DNA of 51,619 bases, taken from the NCBI GenBank assembly GCA_045837725.1, contig JBEWZL010000211.1, positions 62,001 to 113,619 on the forward strand, read 5' to 3'. The position numbers and the translations under genes were made by a program. The first letter of the stretch is position 1. Every line of letters starts with the position of its first letter. Shown here piece by piece: positions 38,001-48,478 of this stretch. Source of the DNA: Vermamoeba vermiformis. Taxonomy: Eukaryota. The notes below the pieces were generated by a model that searched no databases, was not told the DNA's origin, and saw only the letters and a list, made by a program, of their open reading frames with translations.

Positions 38001-38641
38001 ACAAACATTTGCTGCTGATCGGCGGTATCTTCTTGGTGCCCGAGATTGTCATATTATTGGTGTGGTCCGGCATGGAGCCCATGACCGTCACGATGATGGA
38101 GTCACCGCTCTTGACCTCGTTGCAGCGCAATTTGTTCTGTTACTCGCCCAACGCACTCACCTTCCAGTTGGTGCTCATTAGTAGTTATTTTTTTTTGACC
38201 GGATCCAGATTTCATCGCAAAGAACTTTTTTTCTAATTTTGGTAATATTTGCAGATTTACAACATTTTCTTCGTGTGCGTGGTCATCTTGCCGTTGTTGT
38301 ACTTCTTGCCGATGGGCTATCAAGTCTCGTACGCCCTCGCGAACATTTTGATCATTTGGATCCCGTCCACGACGTTGCTGCTGTTGTTCATTCCGAAGCT
38401 CAAGATCGCTATTAATAATCCCAATCAAAGTGCTAGCTCTTCGTACACCTCGACAAACGGATCCAACATTGAAAATTTGCGGGTGTCGCAGCGACCTCCT
38501 CAAGCTGAAAAGAGCTCAGCCAAGTATTCAACCAATTCAGGCAGTTATTCTAATACTACGCCGAATAATAACAATAGTGCCATGAAAAATAGTTCCGCGG
38601 GCAATGATGAGAGCAGCGCGAGTTCATCAAGCGATGACTAA
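35009..38641 (+). CDS. Class C (GABA-B/Grl-like) GPCR with a BMP/PnrA-type ligand-binding ectodomain; the TM5-ICL3 segment appears to be missing
   Basis: Signal peptide; DFGWTFAHDSGR, YQVRYISGLIAGAMTETNSIGY, LNAFYLG, SIGYSTD, FDWGAIY (BMP family); 7TM motifs SASPLFC, CIARAWL..IGF, FAKSWRIWVIF, IYNI, LFIPK. Confidence 0.88.
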
Positions 38642-38882
38642 ATTTGGTAATGGCAAATTTGGTGCCGCGAAATAATTTGCGTTGTTTTATTATTTATATT
38701 ATGTTGTTCATGGTTCATTGTATAATAGAACTTTTAATCTCGTTGTGTAATAAATGATAATTTTACGAAGCGAGATCCAGCTGCAATGCATCCACTACAC
38801 GTGCGACGCTTTTATTAAGGCCTCATTAGTATAATATCATTTAAGCTCTATAATTACTAGTGTTTTTAATATGTACAATAGT

Positions 38883-40576
38883 TTATTGATTGATCGACAA
38901 TTGAAACAACGCCAGCAAAAGAATTAGAGGCGAGAATTTGAGAAATGACGACGCTCCTGTCAATGCTGAACGATATCTCTCGGCAATATTTTTACTGGAG
39001 GAAGGATAGACCATTTCTATAATAAAGTAGTGCAGTACTAAGGTAAGATAATCCAAAACCAATCGCCAGATCCGGCTGAAAAATTCTCCTTTTTGATAAA
39101 CTGCGATAATGCTCCTCCAATCTAATGACATCATAGCGATTGATACTATTATTAGAATTGTTTTGATTCGTCGATTTGGCGACATTGATTTTCTTTGGAG
39201 AAAGTTGTGGATCGGTCTTACTGCTATAAATAGCAACCAAAAGTGACCTGAATTCGCGTGAAAACGTTGAAAATATTCGTGGAAATATTGATGTGGTATA
39301 ATAAACGTGCCTATCATCCATACTAACGTTGCTAAAGTTCTACTCAGATCCCTGGATCTAACGCCAGACATAAACACTGCGTATAATGCTGTCGCATATA
39401 AAAACTCTAAGAAACGGACTATAAGCCATGCTGGTATTATCTGCAGTACGATTTGAAATGCGAATGGTGTCAAAAGTGTCAAAAACGTCGTCGCCAGTGC
39501 TGCCTTGCGATTTGGAAAAATGTCATCTGCAAACGAAAAGTTGTCAATAAATTTGATAAAAATATTTCCTAATAAGGTAATTGAACCACTTACACGTCCA
39601 TTCAAGTGGCTTAAAAACTCGAAAAAAAATTACGTTGATTTTTTCCGTGGGTCCACGGTTCAGAACGTCAGATAAATTTACGATCACGTGACATTTGCCG
39701 CTGTTATTATGCGGGTGCTTCCATTGCAAGAATTCGTGCTGGTGGCACTCAAGAATTATTGAATCGATTTTGAAGTTCCATTCCTGTTCCGAAAATATTG
39801 TCGCTGTAGTCTTAACCTAGAATCTGTTAAAATATAATTAATAATTAGAAGAAAAATTCTTATAAATCTGTTCATGAAGAGCGGATCGAATCCAGATCTC
39901 AAAAGAAAATAAAATTTATACGCACCTATCCCATTCTTTATCTATATTTGGCGATCGTAAACGCTGTATTAGAGTAGGCAATCCTTTAGGCTTCATTTCA
40001 AGCAGATATTTCCCGCGCTTTTGAGTTTCCGCTGCATCTATTGTCTGGAGCCTCTTTTGCTCGATTGTTGCTTTTTTCTGCCAAAATGTTGGTTAAATTA
40101 TACAAAAGATTTATCATATTTATTAGCTACCGTATTGTACGCCCAAAAAGAATCGAAGAAGAACCCAGGCGATGATTTTTTGAGCTGATCCAAAAATTGA
40201 CGTCTAAAAAAATATTAATTAAAACTGAAATAATACAATATTAAATTAATGATCGCATTACCTTGAAATATTAGTGAAATCGCGAGCCGTAGCATTGTCG
40301 AATTTATTATTAGAAAAAAAACACCTCCAGTATTTGCTAACGGAGCGACACTGAATATTGGATGATAAATCCAGAAAGGAGGATATATATTCTATTATTT
40401 CCTGGCATAATATTAGTAATCTCTCTTTTTAATAAAAAAATCCGGATCTTATTTCGGTTGAATTGAATCGAATTTTATTTTTAAATTAATTTAGATATAC
40501 TTACTGGAGGTAAAATTTGATCAAAGTCCGACGTGCTTGGTTCAACTCGTTGTAGATCCGGATTCAGAGTTGACAT
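38883..40576 (-). CDS. F-box protein with a C-terminal multi-pass membrane domain; apparent frameshift at about 39625
   Basis: Spliced F-box ILPP|EIIEYISSFLDLSSNIQCRSVSKYWR; the last 240 aa contain around 6-7 hydrophobic segments. Confidence 0.72.
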
Positions 40577-40998
40577 TTTGTAATCGTGCTTCTTGCGCTG
40601 CTGATGCAGGACTAAAAAGAATATAAAAATTACAAATATAATTACTATCATTTTAAGATGGCATGGTGTTCATCAGAAGTGTCAAATAAATAGATAAATA
40701 AACATTTCTAAGTTTGACACGTGTCAATAAGATCTTGCCAGGGTCCCTTGCCAGCTCCATTACAGCGATCATTATTACAATCAAATTCAATATATACAAA
40801 TAGATATTTGAGCACGTATTGACACAAAACAGCGCGGATCTGCCTGGTGATCCTTCCCCAAAAAGTCAAGCGTTAGTTTTCTTTTGGACTTGAGGGGAAA
40901 TAGCAGATAGGAGCCAAACCAAAGAGTTACATAAAGATATGTGCTAATACTTGTAGCTATGCGAATTTTTGAACCTTTTTATTGCCACCACGCCCTAA

Positions 40999-42479
40999 CT
41001 AACTAGGATTGGTTTCAGAAATATTATTTTGCTGAACTTCGTTATTTTGATCGTTATTATTATTGCTATTATTATTGTTATTGCTATTATAGTTATTTAC
41101 GCTTAATCTCCGCTCGATCTCGTTCAATCTATTCTCCACGAGTGTTTGTAACTTTGCAAATTTTTCATCCATTCGTTTCTCAGCGTCACTTAATAATTGC
41201 ATTAATTTCTGTTCTTGCCGTTCAATTAACCGTGAAATTTCATGGCTCGGTTCATGAACGGACTTGCTTTGCGTTAACTCTTTGCTGGCACTATTGGCCG
41301 TACTTTCCGTACTTTGTTTCATAATTATATTATTGCTATTGTTCTTTTCAATATGTTCTTTATCAATATTAATGGTAGTATTAAATATAGTATTATGCGC
41401 CGTTGAGGCCGTTGGTGGCATGCTTGGCAGATTCGCTTTCATTCCCATTTTCGAGAACAAAAGCTGTGCTAATAGCTGCGATTGCATCTATAATAACAAA
41501 ATGTTAATAAGTGCCTAAAAAATCAAGTCGGATCCAGTTCTGTTTCCATAAAAGGAAATCGGATCGTGAAAAGTGACTTACGCCTGTTAATGCCGGAGTC
41601 TTAGTAGTATGTGGCTATAATGATGTGTTATTATAATAATCGTTGTTTGTAATGAATAAGAAGCTATTTGAAATCAAGTACCAGTGGGTAAGTTCTGTTC
41701 AATCAGATTCGGAACGTACAAGTGATTTTTCCATGCCGATGAGCTTAATCACTTTCAATAGTAGTTGCGACTTTTCTAATAGTGATATGAACTATTAAAA
41801 ATATTGTTAGTTGAGTAGCTATGCATAGAGCAATATTTTTGAAATCTGAATCCGGATGTAGCGAACTAAACCAAAACAGCTTCCTTATCAAATACTATTT
41901 CGATATTATAGTAATATTATAGTAATATAACTTACTTTAAATCGTAAGGCGCGAATCATTTCAGGTGATTTAGCGTCCCAAGTAAATTTGAAGAATTGTT
42001 GCGAATCTACTTCAACAGGCGAGCCCCTTAATGTCGCTAAATATCCTCCGCAGTCTTCATCTCGATAAATTTCGAGATTTTTGTTGGCGCTGATCACTTC
42101 AAAGCGCTGCAATTCGAATTGGGTTTCGCTCGTGAACGCAATCTCGATCTCGCAAGGTGAAGCTGCTTCGTTTTCAGGTTCTAAGGTCAAAGGTATAGGA
42201 TCAAAGCCACCAATGTCTATTAATTCACTAATTAGCGACAATCGTGCGGATCTGCTGTCACAAAATTTTTCATGATCGAAAGAAAAAATTTCTGAAATGT
42301 AAAATCGAGTAATTTAATAATGCCTTAGCAATCATATTATTATTTGGCTATTATAGATAACAAGAAATAATTTTTTGAAAATTACCTGAGCCATCTGGGC
42401 TAAGAAAAACTACGGGAAGTTCTGAAGTCTCTACTGTAAGCCAATTACACGTAATTTTGAATGTCGATGCTGGTTCCAT
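40999..42479 (-). CDS. PAAT/C10orf88-like protein (tentative)
   Basis: Spliced: TCNW, PCEIEI, VISANKNLEIY..YLATLRG, LRFK|FISL; C-terminal coiled coil and poly-Asn. Family assignment is from remembered motif layout. Confidence 0.6.
41044..41098 (-). repeat. Imperfect AAT/AAC microsatellite encoding poly-Asn
   Basis: Encodes NNYNSNNNNNSNNNNDQNN. Confidence 0.8.
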
Positions 42480-42642
42480 ATTAATAGGGAAGTGGGTACA
42501 CTAATTGTTGGCTGTTTTATATGAAATTTGTTGTGTTTCTCTAGATTTGGTGATTGAAATAAAAATCAAGGCTCCTTTCATTTGCATGAACAAAATTTAT
42601 TCCCAAAACGCTTCTGTCGAGCGCATTATATACATCATTAAT

Positions 42643-42843
42643 TTAGGACTCCTCGTGTCTGGGGTCAGGAATAGAGGAAGGAGGATCTGACGAAGGGAAC
42701 GAATCTTCGTTCGTTTTGTCGAAATTGATCTCTCTAATCTCATCTTCAGTCAGTGCGTGTATCTCTTGAGGGTCTTGCTTGGTATTCTTTGCTTGTTGAG
42801 CTTGCGCTTCTTTGTAGCCAAATGAGTTCGTTTGAGGATTCAT
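42643..42843 (-). CDS. Small hydrophilic protein (66 aa) with a DSFPSSDPPS motif
   Basis: MNPQTNSFGY...DKTNEDSFPSSDPPSSIP. The start at 42843 is preferred over the 43095 ORF extension but is uncertain. Confidence 0.6.
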   Translation of the reverse strand: MNPQTNSFGYKEAQAQQAKNTKQDPQEIHALTEDEIREINFDKTNEDSFPSSDPPSSIPDPRHEES

Positions 42844-43361
42844 CGTGGATGCGCTTCGTTTAATCAATAAGAAGGTGAAAAGGTTGTACGATTGAGTTTT
42901 AGCAGGCTTAGAAGCGGTCGTGAGTCTGTTGCTTGTTCTGCCTATGAGTTTAAGTACGTTCATGGAGGTTTGTTCAGATGTGCTTGAGGTTTTAGAAAAG
43001 AGTGATAATGAGGCCTTTTTATCTCTTCTTCGTAGTGTGATAAACTCACGATATTGACTGCCAAGTTTCATGAAAATATCCAAGAAATTTGGCATCTATT
43101 GTCGATCCTCGCAAGGTTTCAAAAATCCGCCCCGCATTTCCATTCTTATACTTACTTTTTGTACATAAATTGACGCATAATATAATCCAGTAATATGTGC
43201 CACATCAAATCGACATTTCACAAAAGCTAAATGAGATCCCGTTCCAAAGGGACCAGAGATGCACCGCCCGTCCACAATTTGGTTTTTTATTTATTTTTTT
43301 ATTGTTATTTTACGTAATATAGTTAATTACCGAACACAGAAGCCAAAAGAACGCGAAAAGA

Positions 43362-46300
43362 ATGGACAACCAGATTTACAATTTTGCGCAACTATGGAGC
43401 CAAGTGCTCGTTACTTGGTATAATAGTATTACAACCACAGGCGTGACGAAGAAGCGATTAGCAGCACTGCTACAGGGGTTTTATGCATTGAAAGCCACAT
43501 CCAAGTTTTTTTTCTATCAACTCGACGACAATTTTTTTAATGAAGTCATTTTTGGGCATTCACTTAGTAAGTAATAATAGTAAATTCAGGTGATAGAGCA
43601 GAATTTTTGCAAAGAAATTTTTTATAATAATTTTGATTATTTTTATTTTCTTACCGTTATATTTAGAGCACCTGAAAGCTGCGCACACGCGCCATGTAAT
43701 TCAAAGTATTATAAAAACTGGAATATACCAGGATTTGGTTGCTTGTAAGTGCCACATCTCGTGTATTCAACTTTGATTATCAATCACTAATTAATATCGT
43801 ATCTTTAGTTCTGAAACTTGGTGAAAAATGGAATTCTGCTTCATTATTCATGGATATATACGAAAAATCGCTTCCAATAGTAGCGCAATACTCGGATGCG
43901 GATTTCATGTCTTTCTTCATCGACGCTTCTTACTTCAAAAAGCTTAAATTTTCAAAACGAACAATTGTTACGGCAATGAGACGCGCTAATGAACGAGAAG
44001 ATCGCAATGAAATGCTTTTTACTATATTACCAAAACTTTTAATTTTTTGCCATTTGGATGCGACACTAGAAAAGCTTAAAGTAAGTATTCAAACGCTGTA
44101 ATAATAATGTATAGTTTATAACGTATTTATAGAGAGTATCTGATGCACTTCGAGCCGGAAAAAAGCTTCATTTTGACAACGTAATTGGCTTCGATGAAAA
44201 ATTTGACAGACAACCTTCAAGCGATTTGATTTTAGAGCTGCTAGGTACTAAATATTAATTAGAAATACTCCAGCTATCAAATTGACTTTTAATTAGATGA
44301 AAAACCCGCTATGAAGCAACTCCTTATTCCTGAAGGTTTGAATCGCATCCGGATCTGCTCTAAGCGTTTATTCATTTATTTATTTTATTATATAGGAGAT
44401 CTATGGCGTGCGAATAAGTTAGGATCTCGGCTTGAATTCAAGAAATATTTCAGCAATTTTAGCCTCAAGAACAGATCTGACAGTTGTACCATCAAATTTC
44501 GTCATAGAAACTCAACGCAACACCACGAAATTTCAATAACTAAGAATATCAATGACGGAGTATCAGGTACTTATAAATACGAAGACGTTGAGACGGATAA
44601 TTTATACCAGCTGATCACCAAGACGAGTTTGTTCAACACTATTTTTGGTAGTTATTTGCACCCATTTGTGGCCGTTACATATGATGCTATCAAATTGCCG
44701 TTAGAAGAGCAGCCGTGGTTCTTAGGAAATATCTCCGATTCGGAGAAATTCGCATTAGTCTCTGGTACGTAAATTGAATCCGGATGCAACACTTTATTCT
44801 CTCAAAATTTTAAATCTTAATGTCTTTACAATTACTCCGATATTTATTTATTCGGGTATTAGCTTTTTCAAAGTTAAATTTAGACAAAATTCGTATTAAA
44901 CGATGGATCGTGTTTAATGATTTTTTTTTTGTGATTACTACAGAAGCGCCAAATACGTCCGTATTCTTTACATATAGTCGTGATGGTAATATCTACCTTG
45001 TTTGGACCAACACACCAGTGTCACATAAGAACTCCGGACTCAACCAAACACACGTTACACGCAGTATTGAGCAACACCTGCCACGTGACAAATTTATCCT
45101 GGGAGTTTTTAATAACTGGTGTCCTGTTGGCCTTGCCGAGCAGCTCGCAGCCAGATATGTCTTGCGGGGAGATTTCAAAAAGGCGAAGAAAATCATACTC
45201 GACAACAGTAAGCTCAACGTTTGTCAAAAAAAAAATTCATCTAATTTTTGTTTAATTCATAGAAATCGATTTGGCTAAGGCGTTTAATCCAAATATTGTT
45301 TTGTGGTATTTGACACGTCATCCGAAAGAAAAAATTAACAACAAAATGATCATTTGGCTAATGGAAAACCATGCACCCTCAGACAAGTAAGAAAACTTCA
45401 TTTCTTATAATTATATATTTTTATGCGATATTACAAGTCTTTATTCAATTTAATTATCGTTAAGTAAACTCGAATCCCTTTCGAAATTTTGAGATCTGTC
45501 AAAAAATTTGCCATAATGATCGTGTATTCATATATACGCATTGCTAATATGATCTCATTTAAGGCCAACATTTGCTTCCGAGTCCAGCAACACAGTAATT
45601 GCCGCAATTGAAAAATGCAGCGAAGAAGCATTGATAGCTGTTATTCAAAACTCTGAATGCCCCGAAGACACACTCCTTAAAATATTCAAAAGAGGCGGAT
45701 CATATGACCTGCTTAAAGAGGTATATTTAAGATACAAGGCTTCTTCTTGGACCCACAGAAGTCCCAAGCTGGTGCAATTTTTGTCTACGATCCAAAAAGA
45801 TCCCACAAAATTCAAAGTATACACTTATACGAAGAGAATATTAATCACATTGGCTTGGCAGTTTGGAAACAACGATAATTATTTCAAATTTTTGCCGAGA
45901 GAATTATTGGATCAGATCCTCGAAGATGTAGATGAGCCAGCGTACTTTCAATTTATAGAATTTTTGATGGAACATTGGGTACTTGACGAAATATTGAAAA
46001 ACTTCGCGAGTACTACAGAACGAGAAGCAGCGCTGGCCCTATTTTTGCCATTTTTTTGGAAGAATTGGGATCGGCCACCATTTTCTGGTTCGCCAGCTGC
46101 CCTTCAATTCGTACAGCATATATGTTTTACGGGCGGTATCAATATAGAGCCATTTGGACCAGTACTCAGACATTGGTTGAGGAAGATCTTGAATTCGGAG
46201 AAATTTACCGACAAATTTGAAATTAACGCGAGCCCCCTGGCACCAATAACATACTATTGCTTAACAACGCCAACAAGTGAGGCACTATCAATGCTGAAGA

Positions 46301-46569
46301 TATTATTAGAACGCCAATTAACGACCAAATCGAAACTCTTGCAGCTGATTCGATCGCGTGTGAGGAACGGAACCGACCTTTGTTACCCTGCAACTTGGCT
46401 TGCCGTGGATACTGGCTATTTACCGACCATTAAGTTCCTTCTGGAAGCAGATTTGTTGCCTGAAACAGTGGCCGTTGAAACGAATCCCAAAAAATTGTCG
46501 GATTTGTACGCACGTCGGCAACGCGTAAAAGAATTTATCGAGAAGTATCGCAAGGAGAATAAAAAGTGA
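43362..46569 (+). CDS. Large multi-exon hypothetical protein, possibly with degenerate SH2-like and ankyrin-like segments
   Basis: Chain of ORFs joined by GT-AG introns; EQPWFLGNISDSE is SH2-like, FKFLPRELLDQIL is F-box-like, WLAVDTGYLPTIKFLLE is ankyrin-like. Confidence 0.6.
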
Positions 46570-47005
46570 ACTACTTACGAATTAGTTCGTAGTATAACCA
46601 AATAAAGCATTCCTTTCCGTTTTGGGCGTTAGAGGAGCAAGTCCGGCTTAATTATTGGCCGCAATAAACCTAATTTGTTAATTAAAAGACTTGTAGACTA
46701 GTCTGATACTAATTGGACCGGAATTAATGACAAGAGGATGATCGCTGGTAGCAGCGGATGGCGTTAACTTTGGTGCAGACGTAAACTTGGCCTTAGCGCA
46801 ATAAAAACCGCAGCTATCTCTTGATAAATAATTGTAAGTCGATTTAAAGGCGGATTAACGCGTAAATTACGCGTTGTGTTGCGGATCTCATCACCAGGAG
46901 TTTTCGATCTTTCGTTTTTTTTGAATTGTTACCGTTTTTCCTGAATTTTTAGTTCCTTTATCCACGAACCGTCGATTGCAATCGACCACATATCAATCAT
47001 ACCAA

Positions 47006-48298
47006 ATGGATCCTAACCAACCTTCTCCTTACCCCGTTCAAGGCGGATACGTTGTTCAAGGCGGTGCTCCTGCTGAAGGCGGATACGTCGTTCAAGGTGG
47101 CTACGCTCCTCCTCCTCAACAACCACAGTACTATGCTCCTCCCCCTCAACAACAAGTGTACACTCACGTTGTGCAGCCTTCTCAAAGCTACGCCCCACCA
47201 CCTCCTCAAACAGTGAGCTACGTGCAAACTACTCAAACTCATGGTCAGCCCGTAGAACCTCAACAGACTCAAGTGGTCGTAGTGTAAGTAGCATTAGTAT
47301 ATTATTTGGAATTATCAGAAGATTTTCGGCATTATTAATGGTTAAATTATTATTTTCGGTTGGAAAACTTAAATATTATTTAAATCCACGTAAAATAGCA
47401 TTTAAGGTCTGATTTTACGTGCGTCATAATTACTCGATGGTAATTAATTCGAAGTGGAGCATACATTCATTAACGAATTGCTGATCGTGTCATCTCGAGC
47501 TCAACATTTTAATACTTTAATTCGCTCATTTACGCTTAAATCTCGTACAATTATTTTTATAATTGATCGTACGCATATAATACAATAGATTGAATGTTAG
47601 GGGATTGGTTCCATCGAATCAGACGAAAGTACTGGATTTGTGAACTGTTTCGTTGAAATAACTCACAAACAATCCCAATTTTACTATTGCGCGATAAATA
47701 TCACGATAATTATAGCAATCTATCGATAATCATTTTAATAATTATTACTACGCGATTACGTTGTTAATTCAACTTTGGAGCAGGCATTACTTGCTTTGCT
47801 TAACCAAAACGATACTAATCGTCTTTTATAGGCACCACCACGATCGTAGAGGCGATGATGGTAGCAAGTTGGCTGCTGCTTGGATTTTGTAAGTACATCC
47901 GCTTGAATTCCAAAAGAAGGATATGCGACAGCAGAAAATTCGTTACGCTATTCGTTTGCAAGATATTAATACTTAAATGTGTAATATCAACTTGGCAACC
48001 AATAGACAGCAAATGGCTAACATTTTTTTTGATCAGATTCGGTTTGGGATTTATCTTCCCAATTCTGTGGTGCGTTGGCGCTATGTTCATTAGATCTAAG
48101 CACGATGCTACTAGGTAAGTAACACTTCTATATATACGATACATTCCGTCGAAGTTGTCGTCGCGAAGACTTTTCTAACGTAAAGTTTCAAAATCCAGAG
48201 TTGCCGGTATTTTGAACTTGGTTTTCGGTTTGCTCGCTGTTGTTGCTATCGTAGTCATTCCTGTCGTGGTAGTTACTGTTGTCTGGAGTAGAATCTAG
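47006..48298 (+). CDS. Small membrane protein with a P/Q/Y-rich N-terminus and 2-3 C-terminal TM helices
   Basis: MDPNQPSPYPVQGGYVVQGG..YAPPPQQ; spliced WIL|FGLGFIFPILWCVGAMFIRSK..|VAGILNLVFGLLAVVAIVVIPVVVV. Confidence 0.75.
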
Positions 48299-48478
48299 AT
48301 TCGTTGACTCGATTGATCCAACCAATTTAAATTTTCTTTTTGTAAGATTGATAGGTTTATCTGCTTGTAAAATACATAAAACCGAACAAACAACTTATTT
48401 ATAGCTTAACAAACGGACTTGAGCCTGAAAAGCAGATTTAGAAATCCGGATTTCCTGCAACGAAAACTCGTTTACGTA

